Origin: Candidatus Brocadiia bacterium
Lineage (GTDB): Bacteria > Planctomycetota > Brocadiia > SM23-32
Length of the DNA: 39,137 nt
Assembly (NCBI GenBank): GCA_046538485.1
Contig: JBKHIT010000047.1
Coordinates: 1 to 39,137, forward strand
Direction of reading: 5' to 3'
Shown here: piece by piece, positions 18,441 to 28,938 of the stretch
How positions within the stretch are numbered: the stretch's first letter is position 1
Layout of the letters: every line of letters begins with the position of its first letter
Notes under the pieces: generated by a model
The model's input: the letters and a program-made list of their open reading frames with translations, nothing else
Told to the model about the DNA's origin: nothing
The model's database searches: none
Translations under genes and position numbers: made by a program

Positions 18441-19826
18441 TCAGTCCATCAGCCGAGCGTTATATTGTCTCGGTCCTGCGACATATTCCCGTGTAACGGA
18501 TTCATTCACAGCTGCGGGCGAATAGATATAGACGTGCCGGGCGGCCGGATCCCACAGGACCAGTTCCTCCCGTTCATCGCCGACGATGTCCGCCGGTATG
18601 GCGTGGTAAAAACTCATCCGATGCACATCGCCACCTTGAGGCGGGGGGAGCTCCGGCAGCGCGAAACCACGGCCCTGCTCCATATCCCACAACATACCCC
18701 CGTTGTACAGCAAAGCCGGTTCGTCCGGGCCGTTCCAATAAACCGCTTCCATCCCCACATTGGTGGGTGAAGCGTTCAAATCGAAGCTATCGACGATATC
18801 GTTAGTCTGGCTGCTTACCACGTGCACGAATCGTTCATGTCCCCTGTAACGAATCACCATCTCGTTTCCGGCGTAGTCCCTGCGGACATCGGCGACCCGT
18901 ACCTCCTGGCCGTGGGGAACTTTTTCCGCGCCGAGTTTCAAAACAATCTCACCTTCCGCGCTCATAACATGCCCGTGTCCCGAGCATATAGCGCGCATAT
19001 TGCCCTCATCCCAGCGATCAATTGTCACCGAATCCATGTGCGGTCCGAGCTGTTCTTCCCACATCGGTCGGCCCTCGGAGTCGAGAACAAAATACCCGCC
19101 GTTTACTTCGTCGCACCCGTCGCCATCGATATCTCCCACAGACGGGATATATGCCGGGCACTTGCTGTATTTCGTCCACGGGCTTCTGTAAGTCCATAGC
19201 ACATCAAGGTTTTCGTCCAATGCCACATACGTATCGCCCAGTTTCACAAGCAGGTCGCGCGCTGCGGAAGTTCCGCGGAAGTTGGCAATCAATATTCGTT
19301 GATGCACCCAGTTGGCGCCATCGGGGGCCATTTTGCGACGCTCCGCAATTTCGCAGGGCTCCGATTCCCGCATTACCGCCCCGGTTTTACCATCGCGTAT
19401 TTGCACAACCACATCCGACAAACGGCTCCAGTCCGCGGTCTCTGCGTTGCGGTCCGGGTCGTGCCAGAAACAAATAACGTTCGCACTCCCGTCACCGGTC
19501 ATATCATGGACGGCAACTGACATCGGACGGGATGGCTGGTTGCCCCCGCTGCCGGCCTCCCAGATAGGGTTACCGTCGATGTCAAACGCACCCAGGAAAC
19601 AGGGTTTAATCCCGCCGACGTGAGCGCCCTGCGGCGCGCCGTGCACGCACCGATACACCAAAAACTCGCAGTATCCGTCACCATTGAGGTCACCTATCCG
19701 GAGGTCTCCCCCGAAGGTAATGCTATCTCTCGTGACGAGAAAGTTTTCCGGCACCGGAATCCGCCTGTACAGTCGGGCATCATCTCGGATGCGGAAATCT
19801 TCTTCCATTTTGTTCAGAGAGCCCAT
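18441..19826 (-). CDS. FG-GAP/EF-hand-like repeat beta-propeller protein, rhamnogalacturonan lyase (PL11)-like
   Basis: GDLNGDGYCE, HDMTGDG, GDIDGDGCDEV, ADIVGDEREEL Ca-binding repeats; HGQ motif. Confidence 0.65.
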   Translation of the reverse strand: MGSLNKMEEDFRIRDDARLYRRIPVPENFLVTRDSITFGGDLRIGDLNGDGYCEFLVYRCVHGAPQGAHVGGIKPCFLGAFDIDGNPIWEAGSGGNQPSRPMSVAVHDMTGDGSANVICFWHDPDRNAETADWSRLSDVVVQIRDGKTGAVMRESEPCEIAERRKMAPDGANWVHQRILIANFRGTSAARDLLVKLGDTYVALDENLDVLWTYRSPWTKYSKCPAYIPSVGDIDGDGCDEVNGGYFVLDSEGRPMWEEQLGPHMDSVTIDRWDEGNMRAICSGHGHVMSAEGEIVLKLGAEKVPHGQEVRVADVRRDYAGNEMVIRYRGHERFVHVVSSQTNDIVDSFDLNASPTNVGMEAVYWNGPDEPALLYNGGMLWDMEQGRGFALPELPPPQGGDVHRMSFYHAIPADIVGDEREELVLWDPAARHVYIYSPAAVNESVTREYVAGPRQYNARLMD

Positions 19827-19964
19827 TTCATCTTACAACCAGGATAAATTTACCACCTCTTCGACATTCGTTCTCTTTTGCTCCTGATTTTTACATCATG
19901 GCGTGGGGCCTTCATTGTGGATTATACGCATTGCGACTGAGAAAAAACTGCGGCTCCAGAATGC

Positions 19965-20008
19965 TGAGCGGACTGGACTTCAGCCGCAGGGTGGAGTTCA
20001 GGACGCGG
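19965..20008 (+). repeat. Repeat module R1, copy C (degenerate)
   Basis: tgagcggactggacttcag-ccgcagggtggagttcaggacgcgg; the first 19 nt are identical to the 13k copy. Confidence 0.75.
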
Positions 20009-20064
20009 GATGAAACGAGACTTTCTCCTAACGACAGTATCACCGATTTTCACGATCCCCTCCA

Positions 20065-21159
20065 TCATTTTCCCTCGTCAATCACCAAGTCGGAGGTAAA
20101 CTGGTCCAGTCCAAGCCCGCGAAGATCGGCAACTTTCTGCTCGCGTTCCGCATTGTACAGCCGCCGGATGACACGCAGACTCTGCGTGGCCATTCTGGCA
20201 TTTGTCTCAGGCTGACGCCCTTCCTCAATGCAATCAAGAAAATGGGACACTTCCCTGTTCGTTGCTTTACCTTCTTCCTGCGTTTCATACAGAAGATGGC
20301 GGGCTGAATCGTCTTTTTGGTCATTTCCCAGGCTCAAGCTTTCCAGAGCGGGCAGGTCCCCTCCCCCGGAATCGCGATGCAGCCATATTTTGCCCGCCCT
20401 GTGATCCAATTCAAGCATACCTCCGGTGCAGTGCGCGTGGACGGCATAACCGTGACGGCTGCCCCGCGCCCCCCAGGTGCCAAAATGGTAGCCAAGCGCA
20501 TCGCTTTCAAACTTGATCGCTACGTTGCTGGTACCCTCCCGTTCCATCCACGGTGTACCGTAATTGGTCCCGAGATGAGATCCTTCAACGGGACGACCCA
20601 TCCAGTGGAGCATTAAATCAATGTAATGACACCCATGGCTGAACAATTGCCCTCCGCCCAATTTTTCAGCGTTGCCGCCCCAGGCCCGATAGCGATCCGT
20701 AAACTGTTCCGTCCAAATAGAAACCTGGAACGGTTCGCCAAACGTCTGATCGCGCAGGAACTCGCCCAATTTGGTCCAGAGAGGGTTGAATCGCATAACG
20801 TAACCGATCAAAAGTACCTGATCACAAACGTCATCTGCCTCAACCAGATCGATGCACTCCCGCTCCGTCATGGCCATTGGTTTCTCCAGCAGCACATGTT
20901 TACCTGCTTCGAGAAAATCCAACGTTACCTGATGGTGTAGATCGTGCGGCAGTGCAATGATGACTGCGTCGACTTCACCCATTATAACCCGGTAATCCGT
21001 TTCAGGGCGTGCGTCCGAAAAACTGTCCGCAGCATCCCGCGCACGTTTGGGATCAGTATCCACCATGACGGTGAAGCTAAGCCTGTCAGACAACTGATCG
21101 ATACCGCTCAGAAATGAGCGCGCCATGTTTCCACAACCAATCATGCCCATCCGAATCAT
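20065..21159 (-). CDS. Gfo/Idh/MocA family oxidoreductase
   Basis: GMIGCG, DAVIIALPHDLH, GKHVLLEKPMA, GGGQLFSHGCHYID. Confidence 0.93.
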   Translation of the reverse strand: MIRMGMIGCGNMARSFLSGIDQLSDRLSFTVMVDTDPKRARDAADSFSDARPETDYRVIMGEVDAVIIALPHDLHHQVTLDFLEAGKHVLLEKPMAMTERECIDLVEADDVCDQVLLIGYVMRFNPLWTKLGEFLRDQTFGEPFQVSIWTEQFTDRYRAWGGNAEKLGGGQLFSHGCHYIDLMLHWMGRPVEGSHLGTNYGTPWMEREGTSNVAIKFESDALGYHFGTWGARGSRHGYAVHAHCTGGMLELDHRAGKIWLHRDSGGGDLPALESLSLGNDQKDDSARHLLYETQEEGKATNREVSHFLDCIEEGRQPETNARMATQSLRVIRRLYNAEREQKVADLRGLGLDQFTSDLVIDEGK

Positions 21160-21376
21160 TTGTTGTCTCCGTTTCCATTCGTGACAGCAGACTGGATCCT
21201 GGCCAGCCTCACGACAAAGAATTCACAATGTGGTTCTGCCCGCAAGGATGTCTCAGTATAGTCTGCTTCCGCTCCACATCTTCTTTTTTACGGCCTGGAA
21301 TCTTGCAGGACTCATAGTAAAAACGACTAACGACAGATCCATCGGTTTTATCATTGCGCCTCAATTATCCTCCCAG

Positions 21377-21402
21377 TGGCGGACTCAGCTGACTTCGAGT
21401 CT
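21377..21402 (+). repeat. Repeat module R2, partial third copy
   Basis: tggcggactcagctgacttcgagtct versus tggcgggctcagctgaactcgattct (reverse complement within 13297-13350). Confidence 0.55.
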
Positions 21403-21438
21403 TAGCGAAGTGTGAGGCGATCGCCATGCAGAATGCGG

Positions 21439-22488
21439 TCAATCATCAGACCCGTCCGTCAACCATTCCAAATCGAACCGTGCAAAACTTATCCGTTCGT
21501 ACGGTCCTTCGTCTCCATTCTCATAAAGCAATCCGATCGAACCGTCCGGCAATGGTGCCAGACAGCAATACGCAGTTGGGCCGGGATAGATCGTTTTGGC
21601 GACGGGCCAGCTATCTCCTTCGTCATAACTCATTTTTACGGTCATATTAACGCGATTCTGGTACGAGGAATCCGGGTTTGCGAACAGAAGCCGATTGCGC
21701 TCATCGCCGCGGTTTTTCCGGCTCAATCGCGCGATACTTCCCTGACAGCGCACATCCACAAGTCCATCATCTCTCTCCACTTCCGTCCAGCTCTGGCCGC
21801 CATCGGAACTGATCGAGTAGCAGCGACAGTGTTTGGGTTCCTGCTCCGGTTGCTGATTGCGCATGTCGAGTCGCAAAGACCCGTCGGCAAGTTCCACGAC
21901 CTGTAGTTCGGTGCTTGTAGCGGGCGTGCGGGCGGTGCTGGTCCAGGTTTCCCCGTGATCGTCACTCACGATAAGAGTTCCGAACTGTTCATCTTGTCCG
22001 ATCCCCAGCGGTATCAGCAGACGTCCCTGGCGGTCCTGTATTCCGCAACCCGGCCCGGTAGCTTTTCCGTATTCCTTGTTTGTATCAATCACATCGTCCG
22101 TAATGTCTCTTGGTCCGTCCCAGGTCAGTCCTCCATCATCGCTCCGCGAAACCAGCGTCCGTACGGCGCCCGGTTGCGCGTGCTCTTCGTAGCTGCCTTC
22201 GGGGAACTGGTTAAAAACAAGAAACACCGCCCCCGTTTCCCGATCGCTGACGGGACAGGGATTCATCATCGCGTCTTTCCCGGGGGCTTTTGCCACCAGC
22301 TGAAGAGGTCCCCAGGTACGGCCGCCGTCAGTACTGCGTTTCATAACCATATCGGTGGGACTGCGATCCCCGGCATCTCGCGCCTCACAGAAAGCCAGCA
22401 CCGTCCCATCCGGAGCGACCACAGCGCCCGGAATCCGCATAATCGCCACATTATTTTCGCCTCGCTCAAAGACCGTCGTCGTCTCCAT
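21439..22488 (-). CDS. Exo-alpha-sialidase (GH33)
   Basis: RIP motif, five Asp-boxes (STDGGRTW, SDDGGLTW, SDDHGETW, SSDGGQSW, SYDEGDSW), MRN, AY nucleophile region; no signal peptide. Confidence 0.9.
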   Translation of the reverse strand: METTTVFERGENNVAIMRIPGAVVAPDGTVLAFCEARDAGDRSPTDMVMKRSTDGGRTWGPLQLVAKAPGKDAMMNPCPVSDRETGAVFLVFNQFPEGSYEEHAQPGAVRTLVSRSDDGGLTWDGPRDITDDVIDTNKEYGKATGPGCGIQDRQGRLLIPLGIGQDEQFGTLIVSDDHGETWTSTARTPATSTELQVVELADGSLRLDMRNQQPEQEPKHCRCYSISSDGGQSWTEVERDDGLVDVRCQGSIARLSRKNRGDERNRLLFANPDSSYQNRVNMTVKMSYDEGDSWPVAKTIYPGPTAYCCLAPLPDGSIGLLYENGDEGPYERISFARFDLEWLTDGSDD

Positions 22489-22536
22489 CTGCGACCTCCT
22501 GAATTATATATGTTCTCACTGTGCAGCAATCAGATT

Positions 22537-24519
22537 CTAATTTGGCTCATTTCTGGTTCTTTGGTCATGCCGGCGTATCGGAACATCAACACTGATTTCG
22601 CTTTCCCCCTGCGCCCGGGCGACCGTCAGCTTTTGGAGCTTAATTTTCACTTCGGCGCTGCCCGTTGGAGTATCGATTCCCCAACCATTTTGTGTGGTCG
22701 CCCATTTCCCGGGTTCACTGTCAGGTCCGTATACCGCAAAGAGTGAAAGAACCGAACAACTGTCCGATTCTGTGCTGGCATCCAGATACGGCTCGTGTCG
22801 TTGCGGGAGAAGGTTGCCCATTCGGTCGCGGTTGTGCGGCGCCTCATACTTATGATGCCCGGTCGAAAACTGCAACTTTTCTCCCCCTGGGCTTATAATC
22901 CGACCGGTCAGAGCTACGGGTTCATTTCTCACGACGAAACAACCATTCTCATCAGGTTGAGTCGCGGTCTCCGGATGCCATCGGATGCGGATCATCCCGG
23001 GAGCGTCAAACTGCGCGGAGTCCAACACCACCACAATACCCGGCAGCAGGTGGACGACACTGCGTTGGACCGATTTTGCGTCTTCGTAGAGTTCTGTCGT
23101 GTCCACTGTCCAGAAACCTCCCCGCTGATTATCAAAATGACCCCGCACGATGTGTGATCGGTGGTTGCCATCCCAGATGAGCTCCTGTTCATCGAACGTC
23201 AGGACGTTGTGTCCGCTGCTGCTGAAATGATAGTAGTTTTGCTTGCCGCCTCCGGGATAATGAACTTTGCCCAGATCCCGGATGAGGCGATGTCCATATC
23301 CCCGGATTGTCACCTGCCCGGCATCGGGATGGGTATGATTAATCCCGCCGTGTCCCGCTTTTGCCACCACCACACAGTCAGCATTTTCCTGATCCCAGCT
23401 GGTGCGGCTCGACACGATGCCGCTATGAGCCGGGAAAATTCTCCCGAGCGGATATCGCTCGGGGGTCGGCGCAGACACTTCGAGCGTCGCATCGTAATAC
23501 AGCAGTTCAAGGATCGGATATCGCGTCCCGTCGTTGGCATGCTGCAGATAGTACCACTGCAAAACAGGATCCCGCGTTGCGGCGGCAACGGCCGGGAAGA
23601 AAGAGGCATTGAAACTTGCCGGTCTGTCCGGCCCGCCATCGCCAAACGGGACGATCACGCCGGGCGGAACCGTAACGTACATCTGCCAGATACAGTGCTT
23701 TTTGAAAAACCGCAGTTGCTCGGAAACGTCCCCATAATTTCCGAAATAGCGCCAAACCGAGAAAAAGATTACTGGAGCCCCCGTGCTCCCGGCATAGGCC
23801 GGGTTTTCGTTGAACTCGCCGTCGGGACCGTAGCGTTCCAGATACGATTTCATACGTGGCATGGCCAGCTCTATGAGACGCTCCGACTGTTCATGATCTT
23901 CAGCGAGCGCCATCCCGCAGATGCCGAGTCCACCCACGATGCAGGTTGTCCAGTTGTTCATCCGATCGAGCCACCACGGTTCATCCTGAATGGCACGAAG
24001 ATAGGGCTGAATGCCGCGGCGATCAACGCCCTCGACAAACCACTCTCTTTGCGAATCGGTCAGCATTGGATGGAGCCAATCGAAGGCCAATCCCAGGTCC
24101 CGACAGAGCATCCCCGTTCGCAGGTCCGCATCGAAACCCATTTGCCGGCGGTGGTAGATATCCTGCCATTCCGGCCATTCGTCTTCATCGAAGAGACATT
24201 CGACCTGGCGCAGCGCTGCGTCCCCATACTGTTCCTCTCCGGTGAGAAGCGCAGCGAGTGCACATGCCAGCACACGTCGCCCCGCGGCATTTGTGATCAC
24301 ATACTCGCGGTTCCCCTGTTTGATATCCTCCTCCGAGCGCCCTTCGAGCGGGGTGTAAGCCGTCAGCGGATCCGCCGTTGCCGCTTCTTGCGCCTTCATT
24401 TGAACCTGTTCCCACAGCCGGGCGGCATGTCCCGTTTTGCACGCTTCCCGCAGATCATCAACAGACCGAAATCCCTGCTTTTGCTTCGCTTTAACAAGCA
24501 GTCGGGGGTGACCTCTCAT
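22537..24519 (-). CDS. Heparinase II/III-like polysaccharide lyase
   Basis: HPRLL, NNW, E..AY, PFGD, HTHPDAG, SSGHNVL motifs. Confidence 0.85.
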   Translation of the reverse strand: MRGHPRLLVKAKQKQGFRSVDDLREACKTGHAARLWEQVQMKAQEAATADPLTAYTPLEGRSEEDIKQGNREYVITNAAGRRVLACALAALLTGEEQYGDAALRQVECLFDEDEWPEWQDIYHRRQMGFDADLRTGMLCRDLGLAFDWLHPMLTDSQREWFVEGVDRRGIQPYLRAIQDEPWWLDRMNNWTTCIVGGLGICGMALAEDHEQSERLIELAMPRMKSYLERYGPDGEFNENPAYAGSTGAPVIFFSVWRYFGNYGDVSEQLRFFKKHCIWQMYVTVPPGVIVPFGDGGPDRPASFNASFFPAVAAATRDPVLQWYYLQHANDGTRYPILELLYYDATLEVSAPTPERYPLGRIFPAHSGIVSSRTSWDQENADCVVVAKAGHGGINHTHPDAGQVTIRGYGHRLIRDLGKVHYPGGGKQNYYHFSSSGHNVLTFDEQELIWDGNHRSHIVRGHFDNQRGGFWTVDTTELYEDAKSVQRSVVHLLPGIVVVLDSAQFDAPGMIRIRWHPETATQPDENGCFVVRNEPVALTGRIISPGGEKLQFSTGHHKYEAPHNRDRMGNLLPQRHEPYLDASTESDSCSVLSLFAVYGPDSEPGKWATTQNGWGIDTPTGSAEVKIKLQKLTVARAQGESEISVDVPIRRHDQRTRNEPN

Positions 24520-24749
24520 CCCGTCTCCTTTGTAAGCTGTTATTGCTGTAGACCTGAACGGGCTTGTGCAAAACCTGTTGGGGCTAAAACCTTGCTGACA
24601 ATGTAACAGAACCTGTCACCCGGCAAAAGTGCCCTTTTGAAACGGATTAAGCCCCGCAGCAATCTTCAACTTGCTCTGTGCTGGCAGAGACCTTTCTAAC
24701 AAGGGAAAGCGGCAAGTTGCTCGGGTCTCGCATATGAGAAGTCCGGGCC

Positions 24750-24777
24750 TTGCAATCACGGAAGAAATCTGTAGAAT
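24750..24777 (+). promoter_or_regulatory. Possible sigma70 promoter for the formyltransferase
   Basis: TTGCAA, 16 nt, TAGAAT. Confidence 0.35.
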
Positions 24778-24902
24778 TTCTCCGTAGTTTAACTCAAAAG
24801 GAAGCCGCCAATATTTGGGAGCCGATTCTTCAACATAATTCCTTTCCGATCCGACACAAGTGAGGGAGTGCCCGGTGCGGATAGCGGAAAACTAAACCGG
24901 TT

Positions 24903-25910
24903 ATGCAAACTGACCAAACCAGAAACCCGCGTGGTTCTTTGCGCGTAATATTAATAACCCAGGGGATTTCACCAATCCTGGAACCTTTCTTACAATCCCA
25001 ACACAGCGTTGTCGGCATCGTTGAATCAGCACTTCGAAGTTACAGAAAAGTACCGTTGCTGTATCGTTTTCGTGGTTTTCTCAACGGGGTCCTCAGTGCA
25101 ATTCTATCTCAACCGAAAGACCTGCGTAGTTTCGCCCGGACTCACGAAATCCCTTATTTTTTCCTGTCAAAAGACAACAATTCGGATTTTGGGGACTGGC
25201 TGCGGCGAAAAGCGCCCCACGTCGTTGTTGTCTACAGGATGTCCCAGTTATTAACAGAAGACATTCTTGATATCCCGGAGCACGGTTGCATCAACCTGCA
25301 TCCCGCATATCTGCCCAAGTATCGTGGTCCTGTACCGGGATTCTGGCAGTACTATGATATGGATTTGTGTCCCGGCATTACTGTCCACCACATAGACCCC
25401 GGTGAAGATACCGGGGATATTATTTTCCAGGAAAAGGTGGAGATACCTTTGGGATCAGATCACCAGGAATTGAGACGCAAACTGGTAAATCGCACGGGAC
25501 CTGAATTACTGTTAGAAGCCGTCAGAATGCTTGCCAGAGGAAACTGTCCGGCACAACCGCAGCCTGCAGAATCGCCCACCAGACGGGCCAGACTGTTTGA
25601 TCTTTCCGAAGTCAAACATCTTATTGACTGGGACGTTTGGCCAGTTGAGAGAGTCTGGCATTTTCTGAAGGGAGATTTCTACGCGAGGAAAGCTCTGCTG
25701 GCGTCAAATCCCGTTCCGGGGATCATTTATACACTCGAAAGTTACCGAAAAACCTCTGATAACACAAGACCTGGCAGGATTGAACGGAAAAACAATCAAT
25801 ATATTCTTGGCACAAAAGATGGTGAAATCATTCTTTCTCGCCACTTCAGCATAGGGAATTTCCTCATAACAATGGCAAAAAAGGTGATTTTGGTGCTGAG
25901 ATGGTGTTAA
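24903..25910 (+). CDS. Formyltransferase family protein (Fmt-like, probably a sugar or small-molecule N-formyltransferase)
   Basis: INLHPAYLPKYRGP, GITVHHID.GEDTGDII; atypical N-terminus with a hydrophobic insert; visibly AT-richer than its neighbours. Confidence 0.85.
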   Translation: MQTDQTRNPRGSLRVILITQGISPILEPFLQSQHSVVGIVESALRSYRKVPLLYRFRGFLNGVLSAILSQPKDLRSFARTHEIPYFFLSKDNNSDFGDWLRRKAPHVVVVYRMSQLLTEDILDIPEHGCINLHPAYLPKYRGPVPGFWQYYDMDLCPGITVHHIDPGEDTGDIIFQEKVEIPLGSDHQELRRKLVNRTGPELLLEAVRMLARGNCPAQPQPAESPTRRARLFDLSEVKHLIDWDVWPVERVWHFLKGDFYARKALLASNPVPGIIYTLESYRKTSDNTRPGRIERKNNQYILGTKDGEIILSRHFSIGNFLITMAKKVILVLRWC

Positions 25911-26008
25911 TTATTCCCCCAAACGAACAGATAGTATTTCCGATGGGATGCCAGTAGCAAAAAAAGATAGTCGTAGCTTTTAGCTCTTTCGTTTCGACGA
26001 CCCGGCAG

Positions 26009-28021
26009 TTATTCCAGCCGGTACTGCAACCAGCGAAAGCCGGGCGCATCTTCAACCGAACATGCCAGCGCCCCATTTCCCTTTTGGTCTTGCCATTCCT
26101 CACCGCTCATAACGTCTTGCCAGACCACTGAATTCTCTTCCGTAAGGTACAGCGGCATTGTCGCGCAACTTTGACCGTTTTTCAGCTCACGAAATACCAC
26201 GACGTAACCTTCCTGGGTTTCCGGATCATGACACTGAAAACCCGTCCACGCACCGTCGCATGGCTCGTCCCCAATCGGGAAGACATATCCCCGCGCCATC
26301 GCGTCCCTGTGCTCCCGCCAGGTTTTCATCACTATTCGCGTCTCCTTGCGTGCATTGCCTTTTAACAGGTGCGTTTCCTGGAAGAAAAGCGGCAACCCGA
26401 CTACCGATATGGCGGCACAATAAGCGTGAGAATATTCGGAAGAATTCCGGATATCCGGATCGATTTTGTCAACATCCTGAACCGGGATTTCGATCTGGTT
26501 CAGGTTAACATAATGCGCCAGGTGCCACGCGTCCCGAAGGATCAGTCGCGGGGTATAGGCAATGTGGTGAACGCGGTCGCGGTCGTATGTCGGTTTCCGG
26601 TTCGAGGTGTGAAGGCTGCCGAATTCCCGGCCGAAATAATATCCGAGTCGGGGGGCGTTTTCCGTCACGTCCCAGCTGATTTTCAGTTGGTAATCGACGT
26701 AGCCTGACGCCCTCTCAATCTTTTTCACCACGGCATCCATTGCATCACGCGTGGGGAAATTGAGAAAATCGACTTTCAAACCGGTGAACCCGCCCTGCTC
26801 CAGGTTTCGGATTATTTGTTCCAGAGTGGCCTGCGCGCCGGGTAACCAGAGTTGCAGTTCGACGCCAGCTTTTTCAGCTTCTTCCCGGATCGTTGTCCAA
26901 CCGTTCGGAAAACGATCCGGATTTGGCCGCCAGTCGTGATCGAAAGCGCGATCCAGACCTTCAGGCGGGAACTGCCAGCCATCGTCGATGGCGACCACAT
27001 CGATGCAGAGGTCCGCGCAACTTTGTATCTCTTTCAGCACGTTGTCCTGTTCGGCCGCCGCACGTGCCTCATCGCCCGGATACCGTGTGCCCCAGGTATT
27101 GGAGCGACTGTAAACCTGGTTCTCCGGATCCGGCTGAAAACGCGCCCGATCGAAACGTTTCAATGCCAATTGTCTTTCGCCCTCGCCCCCTCGGTATGGA
27201 ATGCACCAGTTGGCCCACGCACCCCGGTAGCGGTCATGGGGCATCCAGGTTCCGGTCTGCCCGTAATTATTGCCTTTCAAACCCAGTCCTGTTACCTGAA
27301 TACGATCTGGTTTCAGGACAAATGCGCCGCTCTCGATGCCCGGCTGATTGACGCATTTGTGGGATTCTTTCACGAAAAGCAATCCGCTACCGTTACGCTC
27401 AAGCGAGAGCAAATTGGCCCAGTCGTAGACTTCACGGTTCCTTCCGGCAAGCTCACCGGATCGGTTTTCGCGTCGCATGATCGGCGTATCGTCGTGATTC
27501 CGATGTTGGGGATCGTTGTAGTAACCGATCGCCTCACGTACCGATTCAGCCGGATCCAGCGCCAAAGATTCGGCGTACGACTGCAGGAGATACGAAGGGA
27601 TTTCATGCTTTTTGAAGGGCCGCAACGCTCGAACATAGAGTTGCGTTCGGACTCCCGGCGCGTCCGGATAGACTTGAGCCCTGTAGCGTATCTTCATTTC
27701 GGAATCCGGGTACAGAAGCTCGGCCGTTGCCACCACATGCGGAGAATTCAGACGGGGATTGTCGATTGCTTTCACGGTAAACCCGGCAAGTTCACCCCTG
27801 CTCTCCGGAGTGATCAATTCAAAAATGTACCAATCACAGTCCGTTTCCCGCGGATCGGTTTCGACCCAGGTTGTGTCGCCGTTTCTGAGCAATACAGTGG
27901 CCATGCCGACGTCTGTCAAGCGCAAGCGTCGTGTGAAATCGCCGCATCTCACCGTCAAATTATTGCCATCCCACTCCGCAGTGGCATCATCGAGCGACGC
28001 TGATTGTGGTTTCTTATGCAT
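26009..28021 (-). CDS. GH36-like (alpha-galactosidase clan D) glycoside hydrolase
   Basis: NTWG, IDDGWQ, WRPNPDRFPNG, LKVDF; GCAGGAG RBS before ATG 28021. Confidence 0.75.
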   Translation of the reverse strand: MHKKPQSASLDDATAEWDGNNLTVRCGDFTRRLRLTDVGMATVLLRNGDTTWVETDPRETDCDWYIFELITPESRGELAGFTVKAIDNPRLNSPHVVATAELLYPDSEMKIRYRAQVYPDAPGVRTQLYVRALRPFKKHEIPSYLLQSYAESLALDPAESVREAIGYYNDPQHRNHDDTPIMRRENRSGELAGRNREVYDWANLLSLERNGSGLLFVKESHKCVNQPGIESGAFVLKPDRIQVTGLGLKGNNYGQTGTWMPHDRYRGAWANWCIPYRGGEGERQLALKRFDRARFQPDPENQVYSRSNTWGTRYPGDEARAAAEQDNVLKEIQSCADLCIDVVAIDDGWQFPPEGLDRAFDHDWRPNPDRFPNGWTTIREEAEKAGVELQLWLPGAQATLEQIIRNLEQGGFTGLKVDFLNFPTRDAMDAVVKKIERASGYVDYQLKISWDVTENAPRLGYYFGREFGSLHTSNRKPTYDRDRVHHIAYTPRLILRDAWHLAHYVNLNQIEIPVQDVDKIDPDIRNSSEYSHAYCAAISVVGLPLFFQETHLLKGNARKETRIVMKTWREHRDAMARGYVFPIGDEPCDGAWTGFQCHDPETQEGYVVVFRELKNGQSCATMPLYLTEENSVVWQDVMSGEEWQDQKGNGALACSVEDAPGFRWLQYRLE

Positions 28022-28253
28022 ACTCCTGCATTCTCCTGCTACTTGCAATTTAACTAACGGAAAAGTTAATCCCCACGAACGAGAAACGCAAGGACAGGCT
28101 CATTTCTTCGAAAAGAGGAATGTATAACAAATCCTTTTCCCGGCATAATTGTTTAACGCCGCCCGCATATCATATTGTCTTCTTCCTCTCTTCTTTTCTC
28201 CCATGGATCGGGACCGGCGCATCGGGAGGAACTGTCGAAAGTCCCCCGCATTT

Positions 28254-28715
28254 TCACGTTTTTGTCCCTGCTCCCCGATGTTTCCCGTCCGGAATGTCCT
28301 CAAGATACACTCCATCATCTTTGAGAGCTTTCTGTAGTTTGCTCGCCGGGACCTCATGCATATCACATCCACCTTCCAGCGCAAGTGCTGCAGCCGTCCC
28401 TGTGCCCTGTCCCATCACCATGCAATGGGTTTGAACTCGAACGGAGGACAGACCACGATGGGTTGTTGATGCACACCGGCCAACAACCCCCAGATTGATG
28501 ATCCGGTCGTTCAAACACATGTCAAACGGAATGTGGTAACTCGTGCCCTTTTCAAGCATTTCCCTGTCAGGGTCACTGAACGTCGTATGACCGCTGCCCT
28601 CAGGATCGTGAATATCAATCATCCAGACACCATGTCCGATGGCGTCGGGTTGTTTTTCAGCGTTTAAAATCATATTCGCGGGCGTCTTTTGCCTTCGACT
28701 TCTCCGATGCAACAA
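28254..28715 (-). pseudogene. C-terminal remnant of an FAD-dependent oxidoreductase
   Basis: IDIHDP, YHIPF, VGRCAS, SSVRVQTHCMVMGQGTGTAAA; homologous to the C-terminus of 30788..32098; GxGxxG N-terminal domain absent. Confidence 0.8.
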
Positions 28716-28938
28716 AAGTTTGCAGAACCAATTTTACATCATATCTGTCAGTACCTCTCTTCGCAAAAAGATCATAGCGTTTGCGAGGGCCGACGACGAA
28801 ACGGCCATCAAATTTGAACGAGGCTGCTGTCACGTTACCATAGAATCTTTGTTTTCAGGTTTCTGGACACGTTTTAACTGTTTGCATATCTCGTGCCCGG
28901 GCCTAAAAAATGAAACCCGGCGTGAAGGAAACAGTTCG

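Noticed and set aside
28639..28938. N-terminal 100 codons of ORF 28639..29328
   Set aside because: Not sulfatase-like; homology starts at TTG 28939, which has its own RBS
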